From NCBI GenBank assembly GCA_963761335.1, contig CAVXGR010000018.1, forward strand, positions 896,001-960,000: 64,000 nt of DNA, in the 5' to 3' direction. Shown here in pieces: positions 18,100 through 28,305 of the stretch. A model generated the notes under the pieces. That model did not search any database. It was not told where the DNA came from and saw only the letters and a program-made list of their open reading frames with translations. Position numbers and translations under genes: made by a program. Source of the DNA: an uncultured delta proteobacterium (GTDB lineage Bacteria > Desulfobacterota > Binatia > HRBIN30 > BPIQ01). Numbering within the stretch: position 1 is the first letter of the stretch; every line of letters starts with the position of its first letter.

Positions 18100-18477
18100 T
18101 CAGAACGATCGGGCCTGCATGTACTCGATGCGCCCCGAATCGGCGACGAAGAGGTTCAGCAGAAAGCTGATGATGCTGAGGATGAGTGCGCCGATGATCG
18201 CCGCCCACAGGCCGTGGACCTCGAAGCCGCGCACGCCAGCCGCCGCCAGCTGCAGCATGATGCCGTTGATGACGAAGGTGAGCAGGCCCAGGGTGAGGAT
18301 GTTCAGGGGCAGTGTGAGAAGCAGGACGATGGGCCGCAGAAAGGCGTTGAGAATGCCGAGCACCAGCGCTGCGATGAGCAGGGCGCCCAGGCCCCGCACC
18401 TCGATTCCCTTGACGATGGTGCTGGTCAGCCACAGGGCGGCGGCGTTCAGGAACCAGCGGATCAGTAGACCTCTCAT
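18100..18477 (-). CDS. 4-TM membrane protein, YvlD / phage holin family 4_2
   Basis: LGILNAFLRPIVLLLTLPLNILTLGLLTFVING signature. Confidence 0.9.
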   Translation of the reverse strand: MRGLLIRWFLNAAALWLTSTIVKGIEVRGLGALLIAALVLGILNAFLRPIVLLLTLPLNILTLGLLTFVINGIMLQLAAAGVRGFEVHGLWAAIIGALILSIISFLLNLFVADSGRIEYMQARSF

Positions 18478-18608
18478 GATCTTCCGTGCCTCCAGGCGGG
18501 CGGCCGAGGCCACCCCGAATTCTTCTGATATCCGCTTTGCCGCGGCGGCTCAAACGACCTCGGCTCGGTCGGAGCGTCACTCGCTCCGACCCGGTAGCCG
18601 CGTTCGAA

Positions 18609-18637
18609 TTGTCGCGGTGCGGCCATGGCGCTATGGT
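18609..18637 (+). promoter_or_regulatory. Putative sigma70 promoter (leaderless-type) of the lipoprotein gene
   Basis: TTGTCG-17 bp-TATGGT, 7 nt before ATG 18645. Confidence 0.45.
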
Positions 18638-18644
18638 ACCGCGG

Positions 18645-19064
18645 ATGCGTCCCTCCCGACTCGCTCTGGTGGCTGTCGCCGCGCTTCTGCTGGGAGGGTG
18701 TCTCGGGCGCGGCTACGGGGACGTCCTCGAGGTCCATCTCGAGGTCTTGCTGGCGATGAGCGACAAGCTCTGCTCCATGGCCCAGGCCGGAGACGCTCCA
18801 CCGACCGAGGAGATGCCGGAGTTCGTTTATCCGTCGAGGCGAGCCCACCAGTTCGGGCGTTACTTCGCCACTGATTCCAAGCGGTCGTCGTATCCCCTGC
18901 TGCAGCAGCTTCTCGATCAATACGACGACATGGTGCGGGTTGCCGACGAGGCCCGGCAGAGAGCCGGCGATTGGCGCGCCAGCGCCGGCGCCGTTTGCGC
19001 CGACCGCGACCGCATCCGCGGTCTTGCGGAGCAGATCCGCGGGTCGCTGCGCCACGGGGATTGA
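18645..19064 (+). CDS. Putative lipoprotein
   Basis: MRPSRLALVAVAALLLGG-C lipobox; helical mature domain. Confidence 0.7.
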   Translation: MRPSRLALVAVAALLLGGCLGRGYGDVLEVHLEVLLAMSDKLCSMAQAGDAPPTEEMPEFVYPSRRAHQFGRYFATDSKRSSYPLLQQLLDQYDDMVRVADEARQRAGDWRASAGAVCADRDRIRGLAEQIRGSLRHGD

Positions 19065-19085
19065 AGGCGGGGGGGGGCGGCGCGC

Positions 19086-19622
19086 ATGCGCCATTCCGGC
19101 GATCTTCTGACCGCCGCCCGACTGCTGGCCACGCCAGTCTTCGCGTGGCTCTTCTGGCGCGCCTTCGATGCTCCCGCGGCGCGACTGCCGCTGGGGCTGC
19201 TCTTCGCCGGTGTCTGCGCCTCGGACTATTTCGACGGCGTCCTGGCACGCCGCGCCGGCCGCGCGAGCCCGCGCGGCCGCACCTTCGACAGCTTCACCGA
19301 CATCGCCTTCCTGCTCGCCGCCCTGTCGACCGCGGTTGCGGTCGACGGGGTTCCGTGGTGGGTCCCCGCGGCCGTCGCCGTGTCGTTCTCCTTCTATGTC
19401 GTCGACTCGTGGTTCCTGCGGCCGTCGCCGGCGGCGCCGGGCCTGGTGGCGAGTCGCGTCGGCCACTGGGGAGGCATCGGCAACTACGTGCTGGTCGGGG
19501 TGCTGACCTTCAACGATGCCTGCGCTCTTCACGTGCTGCCGCGACACCTGCTCTGGACGCTGTTCATCCTCGTGCCGCTCTACTCCGCGGCGGCCATTGT
19601 GACACGCCTCGACGGGCGGTGA
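19086..19622 (+). CDS. CDP-alcohol phosphatidyltransferase family protein
   Basis: LLTAARL and SDYFDGVLARRAGRASPRGRTFDSFTD motif. Confidence 0.88.
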   Translation: MRHSGDLLTAARLLATPVFAWLFWRAFDAPAARLPLGLLFAGVCASDYFDGVLARRAGRASPRGRTFDSFTDIAFLLAALSTAVAVDGVPWWVPAAVAVSFSFYVVDSWFLRPSPAAPGLVASRVGHWGGIGNYVLVGVLTFNDACALHVLPRHLLWTLFILVPLYSAAAIVTRLDGR

Positions 19623-19738
19623 GCTTGCGGTCGGGACGGACCGACGGCGCTCTTCCTGCGCCAGTCATCTCCGGCCGCGGGGTTCTCATTCCCTACGGCT
19701 CCGATCTCCCCGGCGACTGCGGCTTCAACAACTGAGGC

Positions 19739-20941
19739 TCAGCCGGCGCGCCGCTCCTTCCCATCGGGCTCGGACGGCTGCGCCTTCGCTTCCTGCTCCG
19801 CGGCGTGTCGCGAAATCTGCGTCATGATCGCCTGGACCGCGGAGCCGATGAACTGCGGCCGGTTCTCGGCGGCCCAGTCGCGCGAGCGAACCGTTCCCTC
19901 GAGCGCTCCCTGGAACTGGGGCATTACGTAGCGGGCGAAGAGCTCGTAGCTCTTGCGCGTCGCTTCGCGGTCGGCCCACTCGTGCGCCATCTGCAGAAAG
20001 CCCCCAAAGCCGCCGGATTGCTCTCGCAGGCGCTCGAGCTGGGCGACGGCGTCCTCGACCGAGCCGATGACGGCGAGACCGGTCTGGTTCATGGCGTCGA
20101 CGGCGTCGTCGATCGGCCCCTCCGGCGCCAGCGGCAGTGCCGCCACCTCGCGGAAGTAGTCGAGCCAGGCGCCGAGGCCGAAGCGGACGTTCTCGCGCGC
20201 CTTCTGCCTGGTCTCGGCGATGTGCATCGGCCCCACCAGTCGCCAGCGGTTGCGGTCGACCGTCTTGCCGTGCTCCTTGGCCTTGTCCTCGCAGATGGTC
20301 CAGTTCTGCGCCAGGGCGTTGAAGCCGCCGGTAGTGGTGGCGCCGATGGACAGCAGGCTGAGGCCGTGCTTGCCGGCGGCGCGCGCTCCTGCGGGGGAGA
20401 CCTGCGAGGCGACGGCGATCTCGATGTGCGGCTTGGTGTAGGGCCGCAGCTGCAGGCGTGCGTCGCGGAGCTTGAACCACTCGGTCTCCATGCTCACCGT
20501 CTCGCCGCGCAGCAGAGGAACCAGGGCCGCCAGGGCCTCGTCCATCATATCGCGCTGGCGCATGGGATCGATCCCCATCATGAAGGCATCCGAGGGCAGG
20601 GCTCCGGGCCCGACGCCGAACATGACCCGGCCGCGTGTCTGGTGGTCGAGCTGCATGATCCGGTCGGCCAGCATCAGCGGGTGGTGGTAGGGCAGGGAGC
20701 AGACGCCGGTGCCGAGGCGGATGTGGCGCGTGCGCGCCGCAGCGGCGGCGAGGAATATCTCGGGGCAGGCGATGATCTCGTAGCCGGCCGAGTGATGCTC
20801 GCCGATCCAGGCCTCGTCGTAGCCCAGCTGATCGAGCCACTCGATCAGCTCGAAATCCCGCTGAAGCGAAAGCGTGGGATTCTCGGTGACCGGATGGAAC
20901 GGCGCGAGAAAGATACCGAAATCGAGGCGGTTTACGGACAT
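19739..20941 (-). CDS. LLM-class flavin-dependent monooxygenase (limonene 1,2-monooxygenase-like)
   Basis: FGIFLAPFH, GYDEAWIGEHHS, IRLGTGV.SLPYHHP, GVGPGALPSD. Confidence 0.9.
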   Translation of the reverse strand: MSVNRLDFGIFLAPFHPVTENPTLSLQRDFELIEWLDQLGYDEAWIGEHHSAGYEIIACPEIFLAAAAARTRHIRLGTGVCSLPYHHPLMLADRIMQLDHQTRGRVMFGVGPGALPSDAFMMGIDPMRQRDMMDEALAALVPLLRGETVSMETEWFKLRDARLQLRPYTKPHIEIAVASQVSPAGARAAGKHGLSLLSIGATTTGGFNALAQNWTICEDKAKEHGKTVDRNRWRLVGPMHIAETRQKARENVRFGLGAWLDYFREVAALPLAPEGPIDDAVDAMNQTGLAVIGSVEDAVAQLERLREQSGGFGGFLQMAHEWADREATRKSYELFARYVMPQFQGALEGTVRSRDWAAENRPQFIGSAVQAIMTQISRHAAEQEAKAQPSEPDGKERRAG

Positions 20942-21082
20942 GACGAGGATTCCCTCCCGGCCACTGGCGCCGGCGGACGGTTGCCGCGGAACGGTGGCGA
21001 TTTCCTCTCGTTCTATGGGCGGGGAGGGCCTAAGGCAAGTGCGCCGCCCGGCACCTTTGCAGGCCGCGGCGCGTCCTCGGCG

Positions 21083-24000
21083 TCACTCGCTGGTGGACCG
21101 GCAGGGGATCCAGACGCGGAAGACCGAGCCGCGGCCGGGCTCGCTGGTGACCGCGACGGAGCCGCCGAGAAGGTGCGTCAGCCGCTGAACGATGTAGAGG
21201 CCGAGCCCGACGCCGCCGTGGCGGCGGGTGGTGGAGCTGTCGCCCTGGCGGAAGGGCTCGAAGATGATCGACAAGGCCTCGGGGGAAATACCGATGCCGG
21301 TATCGGAGACCTCGATCTGCACGCCGCCGTCACGCAGCTCCACAGTGGCGCGCACCTCGCCGCGTTCGGTGAACTTGACGGCATTGCTGATGAGGTTGAT
21401 GAGAATCACCTTCAGCTTGGCGGGGTCGGTGTGCACCACGGGCTCCGGGGTGGCCAGGCACTGGCGAATCTGGACGTCGGGCTTGTCGTTGGCGGCGGCG
21501 ACCTCGGAGATCACTTCGGCGAGTAGGGGCTCCAGGGCGACCGGTCGCACCTCCACCGCCACCCGGCCGTTCTCGAGGCGGCTGAGGTCGAGGGTCGAGT
21601 TGATCAGCGTGAGGAGATGTCTGGCGCTGCGACTCTGGCGCTCCAGCGTCTCCCGTTGCTCGGAGCGGAGGCCGCCGAAGGCGCCGTCGAGCAGCAAGTC
21701 GCCGTAGCCGATGATGGCGTTGAGTGGCGTGCGCAGCTCGTGCGACATGGTGGCGACGAACTCGGATTTCAGGCGGCTGGCGCCCTCCAGTTGCTCGACC
21801 AGATGCACGTTGGCGAGGGCCAGGGAGGTGAGCTGGCCGATGCCGCGGGCGATGCGGATCTGCGAGCCGGTGAAAGATGCGGTGCGGCCGCGGTATGCGG
21901 CCGACTGCACACCGATCAGCTCGCCGCCGCGCCAGAGTGCCACGTAGAGAGCCACGCCGATGTCGTACTTGCGCAGCAGTGCCGCCGGGAGCAGGTCGAG
22001 GTCGTCGTCGACGACGACCTCGACCACACCTTCCCGCCGCAGCGCCGCAACCAGTCCGGTGACGACCTCGGAGGGAATTCGCAGAACGCGCATGCTCTCC
22101 CATTGCTCTGTGGTGTCGCCGTAGCCGGCCTCGGCGACATAGGCCTGCTGCCCGGCGTCCCAGAGGAACGTGTGGCTGGTGTCGCAGTCGAGATGCTCGG
22201 CGGTCAGCGCGCAGATGCGCTCCAGGAGAACCGGCCGGTCGAGAGAGGAGATGAGCTCGTGTCCGACCTGTGCCAGGGCCGTGGAGACGCGCGCCTCCTC
22301 CTCGCGCAGGTGGTACGACTGGGCGGTGGCGATGGCCAGCGCCGCCTGCCGGGCCACGGTCTCGATGAGCTGCGTCTCGGCGTGACTGAAAGCGCGCCCG
22401 GGCGTCGTGCGAATCGCAAGGATCGCTCCCATGACGGTGCCGCGTACGGCGAGCGGGGCGCCGACGACGGCGGCGATGCCGAAGCGATGAAGCGTCTCCG
22501 GCGGCAGCCAGCGCTGCTCGTCGACGTCATTGATGACCACCGCCTGTCCGTTGCGCATCGCCGTCACCACAGGGGTGTCGGGCGGGAAGGCGAACTCGAT
22601 GCTATCCTGCAGGAGATCCTCCTCGATTCCCCGCTGCGCGGCCAAGCGGAAGACGCCGCGGCGCTCATCCCAGTAGTAGACGGCGAGCCGGTCGCAGGGG
22701 ATCAACGCTGCGGTATGGGCGTGTACGCGCTCGAGGATGTCGGTGGTGTCGAGACTGCCGGCGATCTCGCGCGCCAGTGCCAGCAGTGCCCCCTTCTCTG
22801 TTTCGACCCGTGTCCGCTCGGTGATGTCCTCGATGATCGTCAGCGTTCCCAGCAGCTCCCGGCGATCGAGCAGTGGCACCACCTGGAGACTGAGCTGCGA
22901 TTGCTCTCCCTGCGGCTTGGTATAGGGTTCCTCGGCGCGCTGGATCTCGCGGTTCTCCAAGGCGCGCTGATAGCACTGGCGAATGCCGTCGATTTTCAGG
23001 GACGAGAGCTCGAGCACGTTGAGCTCGGCCGCCTGCTCGGCGGGGATGCCGAGGATGTCGCGGGCCGCGGGATTGGCGTGGGTGATCTGCCCGCCAGCAT
23101 CGGTGGTGAGAATTCCGACCGGTGACTGGCGCACCAGCAGACTATAGCTCGCCTCGCTCTTGCGCAGGGCTTCGTCGGCCCGCTTGCGCTCCAGGGCATT
23201 GGCGACGATGTCTCCGGCCATCTTGAGGAGAGCCAGATCTTCCGGCGACCACTGCCCCTCTTGCGAGGAGCCGAAGCCGAGAAAACCCAGGACCTTGCCT
23301 CCCGACGCGATCGGCACCGCCACCGCGGCGTGAATTCCCAGGGTCTGCAACAGGTCCCTCTCGGCGCGGGCCTCGTCGGGGAGGTGCCCGACGCTGGTGA
23401 GGTGGACTGTCTCCATTCCCTTCACGCGCTCGATCGCCCAGGGCATCACCTCCACCGGGAGGTCGATGAACCTGTCGCGCAGAGAAGAGGTTCCCGGGCT
23501 GCACCACTCGTAGATCACGCTCCAGCGCTCGCCGCCGGCGCGAAACAAGGCGACGTAGCAGCGCTCCGCCTGCGCGAAGCGGCCGACCACGTCCATCGCC
23601 CGCTGGATCCCGGCATCCACTTCGGGCGGCGACAGATTGATGAAGTCGGTGGACAAGCTGGCGATCAGGCGTTCGAAATCGAGGCGGCGGTGGAGTGCTT
23701 CCTCTGCGGCTTTGCGCGCCGTGATGTCGAGGGCCTGGCCAATGCCGTAGAGGGCCTGCCCCTGCGCATCGCGGACTGCGGTGGCGCGCAGCAGCGCCCA
23801 CACCGTGCGCCCGGACTTGTGGATGTATCGCTTCTCGAGCTGATAGGTGTCGCGCTCGTTCGACAGGAGCTGACGCCACTGTTCGAGATCCGCCGCGGTA
23901 TCGTCGGGATGAGTGATCTCGCCGAAGGAGCGTCCGATCAACTCCTCCTCGGGGTACCCCAGCATGTCGCACAGCGCCTGGTTGACCTGCATCAGCCGGC

Positions 24001-24922
24001 CGTCGAGGGCGACCACCGCCATACCGATCGGTGCGTGGCGCAAGGTGTTGGCGAAGCGTTGCTCGCTCTGCCGCAGGTGCTCTTCGCTGCGCTTGCGCTC
24101 GGTGATGTCGGCACCCACGCCGATAACGCCGATGACCGCGCCGTGCGGATCGCGAATCGCGGACACGGTGAGGGAGACGGGAAACGCCGAACCGTCGCGC
24201 CGGGACAACTCGAACTCCCCCTCAACGTCGTCGCCCTGCAGCAGGCGTTGCCAGACCTCCATCCCGTCGTGGTGACGCGCGGACGGCACCAGCAGCCTGC
24301 GGACGTCGTGGCTCGCCAGCTCATCGGCGCGCCAGCCGTACATGGTTTCCGCGGCTCGATTGCAGTACAGAATGTGGCCGCGCAGGTCGATGGCCAGCAC
24401 CGCCTGCGCGACGCTGTCGAGGAGACGGGCCTGAAAGCGGATCTGCGCCTCGGTCTCGCGCAGGGCTTGCTCGCCCAGCCGGGCCGCCCGGCGGCTGGCG
24501 GTATCGCGCAGCTCGCGCTCGACTACCGGCAGAAGGCGCGCCAGGTTGCCCTTGGTGACATAGTCATTGGCCCCGGCCTTGATGGCTTCGACGGCGAACT
24601 CCTCGCCCATTTGCCCCGAGACGACGATCACCGGCACGTCGAGCTGCCGGCCGCGCAACAGGCGCAGCGCTTCCGGTCCGCTGAAGTGCGGCATGACGTA
24701 GTCACAGATGATCGCGTCCCAGCTCTCGCGGTGCAGGGCAGCGGCTAGATCTTCGGCTGTATCTACCCGGAACCACTGAACATCGTAGCCGCCGCGCCGC
24801 AGCTCCAGGACCTGGAGCAGGACGTCGTCCTCGCAGTCCTCCACCATCAGAAGGCGCAGCTGCCTCACCTCCCGGGCAAGGTCGCCCCCGCCGGCCGGCA
24901 CCGAGCCGTCAGGCACACTCAT
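21083..24922 (-). CDS. Cytoplasmic hybrid sensor kinase REC-PAS-PAS-GAF-PAS-GAF-GAF-HisKA-HATPase
   Basis: LLMVEDCEDD receiver, DITERK/DITARK PAC motifs, MSHELRTPLNAI, NAVKFT, DTGIG, GVGLGL; start 24922 or 24928. Confidence 0.93.
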   Translation of the reverse strand: MSVPDGSVPAGGGDLAREVRQLRLLMVEDCEDDVLLQVLELRRGGYDVQWFRVDTAEDLAAALHRESWDAIICDYVMPHFSGPEALRLLRGRQLDVPVIVVSGQMGEEFAVEAIKAGANDYVTKGNLARLLPVVERELRDTASRRAARLGEQALRETEAQIRFQARLLDSVAQAVLAIDLRGHILYCNRAAETMYGWRADELASHDVRRLLVPSARHHDGMEVWQRLLQGDDVEGEFELSRRDGSAFPVSLTVSAIRDPHGAVIGVIGVGADITERKRSEEHLRQSEQRFANTLRHAPIGMAVVALDGRLMQVNQALCDMLGYPEEELIGRSFGEITHPDDTAADLEQWRQLLSNERDTYQLEKRYIHKSGRTVWALLRATAVRDAQGQALYGIGQALDITARKAAEEALHRRLDFERLIASLSTDFINLSPPEVDAGIQRAMDVVGRFAQAERCYVALFRAGGERWSVIYEWCSPGTSSLRDRFIDLPVEVMPWAIERVKGMETVHLTSVGHLPDEARAERDLLQTLGIHAAVAVPIASGGKVLGFLGFGSSQEGQWSPEDLALLKMAGDIVANALERKRADEALRKSEASYSLLVRQSPVGILTTDAGGQITHANPAARDILGIPAEQAAELNVLELSSLKIDGIRQCYQRALENREIQRAEEPYTKPQGEQSQLSLQVVPLLDRRELLGTLTIIEDITERTRVETEKGALLALAREIAGSLDTTDILERVHAHTAALIPCDRLAVYYWDERRGVFRLAAQRGIEEDLLQDSIEFAFPPDTPVVTAMRNGQAVVINDVDEQRWLPPETLHRFGIAAVVGAPLAVRGTVMGAILAIRTTPGRAFSHAETQLIETVARQAALAIATAQSYHLREEEARVSTALAQVGHELISSLDRPVLLERICALTAEHLDCDTSHTFLWDAGQQAYVAEAGYGDTTEQWESMRVLRIPSEVVTGLVAALRREGVVEVVVDDDLDLLPAALLRKYDIGVALYVALWRGGELIGVQSAAYRGRTASFTGSQIRIARGIGQLTSLALANVHLVEQLEGASRLKSEFVATMSHELRTPLNAIIGYGDLLLDGAFGGLRSEQRETLERQSRSARHLLTLINSTLDLSRLENGRVAVEVRPVALEPLLAEVISEVAAANDKPDVQIRQCLATPEPVVHTDPAKLKVILINLISNAVKFTERGEVRATVELRDGGVQIEVSDTGIGISPEALSIIFEPFRQGDSSTTRRHGGVGLGLYIVQRLTHLLGGSVAVTSEPGRGSVFRVWIPCRSTSE

Positions 24923-25083
24923 GAGCATCGGCCAGCAGTCCTCGGGGTTGCCATGTCAGAGCGCACTAGCAAGAAGTCTTCCGCCGAGGACCAGCTCTCA
25001 TCCTGAGATGCGTGAGCTTTCGTTGACTGCCGTTGGTTCGCACACCGCAATGACCTGCGCGAATCCGACGAAATTGTACGGCT

Positions 25084-26580
25084 TCAGGGAAGCATGCCCG
25101 CCATGATCGGCTTCGAGACCCGCAGCAGCTCGCGCTTCCACCAGGCTCCGCTGGCGCGCCGCTCGGCGAAATCGGTGAAGGTGTAGCGGTAGGCGCTGAA
25201 GCGCAAGAAGGCTGGCGCGTCCGTCGGGAATGGATCCTCCGCGAAGAGCGGCGCTACGGCCGCTGGATGGGAGAGCAGCTGCTTCAGCAGGTTTCGGAAG
25301 TAGGGCTCTTGGGGCCGACCGTCGAGAAGGAGAAACCAGAGCTGGAAGTCGACTCGGGGCTGGTGCGGCGCCACGAAGCGCGGGGCGCGCTGCGGGTCAC
25401 CGGGCTTGTAGCGGAACTCGTAGGGCTTCCAGGTCTGGCCGTCCGCGGACCCCTCGATCACCACTTCGCGTCGCTCGAGGGTCATCTGTGCGAACAAATG
25501 GTAGGCGTTGACGGAGCGATAGATGTTGAGGAACTCGCGGATGGGTATCGTGGCACTCTCGACGGGAGCGGCGGCGGGGACCATGGACAGAAACGGCAGT
25601 AGCGACAGCGGCACCAGCACAGTCGCGGCGCCGCCGAGCAGCGCCGTGCGGGCCGGCGCGCGGCCCCGGTGCGGCACCGCCGGCAGGGAGCGGCCGAGCC
25701 AGCGCGCTGCCCTGCGCAGGTGATTGTCATCGAGCACGAACAGGCAAAGGGCGAGGGTCAGATAGTTGAAGAAGGCGTAGTTTGCCGTCAGCAGAATTGC
25801 GATCTGCATCGAGGCCAGGATGGCGAAGACGATGCCGCGAAGCCAGTGTCGGGACCAGATGAACCAGGCGGCCAGCAGCTCGACGAACAGCGTCCATCCG
25901 GCGATGGCGCGGTGCGCCCAGAAGGGCATCTGGTGGGCGTACCAGCCGATCCACGTGGGCAGCGGCGCCGTCTCGTAGTACTTGACCATGGCGGTGAGGT
26001 CGCGCCACGTCGGGTCGCCGGTGAGCAGCTTGGCGGCGCCCGACTCGACGTGCAGGCGCAAGAGCAGCCAGAGCATCAGGAAGACGGCGATGCGGTGCGG
26101 TGGCGAAGGCTTCGGCCGCAAGCCGGGGGGCGTCACGAAGATGGCGAAGAAGGCCGTCTCGAGGAGCAGGTTGTCCCACTGGAACCACATGAACGCCTGC
26201 CCGATGGTGGCGAAGGAGAGGTACAGGAACCAGAGCAGCACCAGGCAGTAGAGCGGTGCCAGGTTGAGGATCAGGCCGAAGCTGAGGACGGCGCCGGCGA
26301 TGGCGACGGCGCGCAGAGCCAGGTCGCTGCTGCTCAGCCAGAAGATGGTGGGCGCCCGGAAGAAGCTGACGTCGCCCAGCGAGGCCAGATAGTCCTGGGC
26401 CGGCAGCAGGCCATGGTTGCCGTAGAGAACCTCCACCTGGACCAGCAGGGAGAGAAAGGCAACCAGGAAGATCAGGCCGAGGAGGCGCAGAAAGAGAGCC
26501 CGCACGTAGGCGCGTTGCGGGCTCGACGATGGCGCCGCCGTTTGATGATCCACGGCCGCTGCTCTAGATTCGGAGCCCAT
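25084..26580 (-). CDS. Lipase maturation factor family membrane protein
   Basis: FLRLLGLIFLVAFLSL, FQWDNLLLETAF, GAAKL..DPTWRDLT, YETAPLP, EFRYKPGD, APHQPRVDFQLWF; exact start uncertain (26553-26592). Confidence 0.9.
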   Translation of the reverse strand: MGSESRAAAVDHQTAAPSSSPQRAYVRALFLRLLGLIFLVAFLSLLVQVEVLYGNHGLLPAQDYLASLGDVSFFRAPTIFWLSSSDLALRAVAIAGAVLSFGLILNLAPLYCLVLLWFLYLSFATIGQAFMWFQWDNLLLETAFFAIFVTPPGLRPKPSPPHRIAVFLMLWLLLRLHVESGAAKLLTGDPTWRDLTAMVKYYETAPLPTWIGWYAHQMPFWAHRAIAGWTLFVELLAAWFIWSRHWLRGIVFAILASMQIAILLTANYAFFNYLTLALCLFVLDDNHLRRAARWLGRSLPAVPHRGRAPARTALLGGAATVLVPLSLLPFLSMVPAAAPVESATIPIREFLNIYRSVNAYHLFAQMTLERREVVIEGSADGQTWKPYEFRYKPGDPQRAPRFVAPHQPRVDFQLWFLLLDGRPQEPYFRNLLKQLLSHPAAVAPLFAEDPFPTDAPAFLRFSAYRYTFTDFAERRASGAWWKRELLRVSKPIMAGMLP

Positions 26581-26995
26581 GGCGACCTTCATTGGGCCGA
26601 TTCCGGCGCTCGAGCCGCGCACTGAGGCCTTCTGGCGCGCCTGTGCGGCGGGCCGACTGGAGTTCACCCGCTGTATTCCTTGTCAGTTTCTGATCCATCC
26701 GTCCCGCCCCATATGCCCGAGATGCCGCGGGCGCCAGCTCGACCTCGCCAGCGTCAGCGGCCGAGCCCACTTGCACAGCTTCACGGTCAACCACCAGCGG
26801 TGGTTTCCGGGGCAGAATGTTCCATATGTGATCGGCTTGGTCGAGCTTGTCGAGCAGTCGGGGCTGCGGCTGGTCACCAACATCATCGGCTGCGCACCGG
26901 CGAGCGTGCGCATCGGTATGCCCCTGCGCGTCGTCTTCGAGCCGGTGAGCGACGAGGTGGCGCTGCCTTTCTTCGAGCCGGAGGAGAAGCCGTGA
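26579..26995 (+). CDS. DUF35 (ChsH2-like) zinc-ribbon/OB-fold protein
   Basis: FW.AC..G.L, CIPC...CPRC, SGRAHLHSFTV, PYVIGLVEL, IGMPLRVVF. Confidence 0.9.
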   Translation: MATFIGPIPALEPRTEAFWRACAAGRLEFTRCIPCQFLIHPSRPICPRCRGRQLDLASVSGRAHLHSFTVNHQRWFPGQNVPYVIGLVELVEQSGLRLVTNIIGCAPASVRIGMPLRVVFEPVSDEVALPFFEPEEKP

Positions 26996-28167
26996 GCGAG
27001 CCTCTGGAGCGGCGGGCGATTATCTCGGGGGTCGGCCAGTCGGCGATCGGCCGGCGTCTGTTCCGCGACGACCTGGATCTCACCTGCGAGGCGGGGCTGC
27101 GGGCGATCGCCGACGCCGGGCTCACCCCGGACGACATCGACGGCATCGCCGCATACCCCGGCCCGGTGCAGGGCGGCCCCGGTTTCTGCGGCCCGGGGAT
27201 CTATGAGGTGCAGGATGCGCTCGGTATCGGCGTGCGCTGGCACCTGTCGGGATTGGAGGGGCCGGCGCAGATCATGCCCGTGATCCACGCGGCGCTGGCG
27301 GTCGCCGCCGGTCTCTGCCGTCACGCGCTCGTGTATCGGACGGTGACCGAGTCGACAGCGGCAGCGGATACGGGCAGGCGGGGGATTGGCGCCGGCTCAC
27401 GGGAGATCGGCGGATTTGCTGCCTTCCTCATCCCCTTCGGCGCTATGTCGGCGGCGAACTGGCTGGCCCTCTACGCCCGCCGCCACATGCACGAGTTCGG
27501 CACTACCCGCCAGCAGCTGGGCGCCATCGCGCTCAACGACCGCCGCCACGCCGCACTCAACCCCGGAGCCGTCTACCGCGAGCCGATGACCATGGAAGAT
27601 TACCTCTCGGCCCGCATGATCAGCGAGCCCTTCTGCCTCTACGACTGCGACGTTCCCGTCGACGGCAGCACGGCGCTGGTGGTGTCGACGGCGGATGCGG
27701 CGGGGGACCTGCCCCACGCCGCCGTGCGCTTCAACGCCGTCGGCACCGCCCTCGGTCGACGCCCGCTCTGGGATCAGTGGGAGGACATCACCACGATGGC
27801 GGCCGGCGACGCGGCAGCTCACCTCTGGTCGCGAACCGATCTGCGACCCGGCGACGTGGATACGGCGCAGCTCTACGACGGATTCTCCTTTTTGGCCCTC
27901 GCCTGGCTGGAGGCCCTGGGCTTCTGCGCGCGGGGAGAGAGCGGACCCTTCGTTGAGGGTGACCGCATCGGTCTCGGGGGGGCGCTTCCCCTCAACACCT
28001 GGGGGGGGCAGCTGTCCGGAGGCCGTCTCCACGGCTTCGGCTTTGTTGCCGAGGCTTGTCTGCAGCTGCGACGCGAATGCGGCGACCGGCAGGTTGAGGA
28101 CTGTGAGGTCGCCGCCGTCGGCGTCGGGGGTGGACCCGTGGCGGGCTGCCTGCTGCTCACCCGTTGA
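26992..28167 (+). CDS. SCP2/Ltp2-type thiolase-family protein
   Basis: AIISGVGQS, RHMHEFG, LYDCDVPVDG, AQLYDGF, LNTWGGQLSGGRLHG; GTGA overlap with the DUF35 gene. Confidence 0.9.
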   Translation: MSEPLERRAIISGVGQSAIGRRLFRDDLDLTCEAGLRAIADAGLTPDDIDGIAAYPGPVQGGPGFCGPGIYEVQDALGIGVRWHLSGLEGPAQIMPVIHAALAVAAGLCRHALVYRTVTESTAAADTGRRGIGAGSREIGGFAAFLIPFGAMSAANWLALYARRHMHEFGTTRQQLGAIALNDRRHAALNPGAVYREPMTMEDYLSARMISEPFCLYDCDVPVDGSTALVVSTADAAGDLPHAAVRFNAVGTALGRRPLWDQWEDITTMAAGDAAAHLWSRTDLRPGDVDTAQLYDGFSFLALAWLEALGFCARGESGPFVEGDRIGLGGALPLNTWGGQLSGGRLHGFGFVAEACLQLRRECGDRQVEDCEVAAVGVGGGPVAGCLLLTR

Positions 28168-28305
28168 GCGGCGCGGGCGTCGCAAGTTTGGCGACTGCCC
28201 GGATTCCCGCCGTTTGCCGCCGCTCTGCGGCCGCATCTCGAAAGTTTTGCGATGCCAGAACCGGCGGGTGCGATCTGCGCATGTCACTTGCATGACGCGG
28301 CTCAT

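Noticed and set aside
18100..18477. Holin as evidence of a prophage
   Set aside because: This YvlD-like family is commonly chromosomal; no endolysin, structural or integrase genes are nearby
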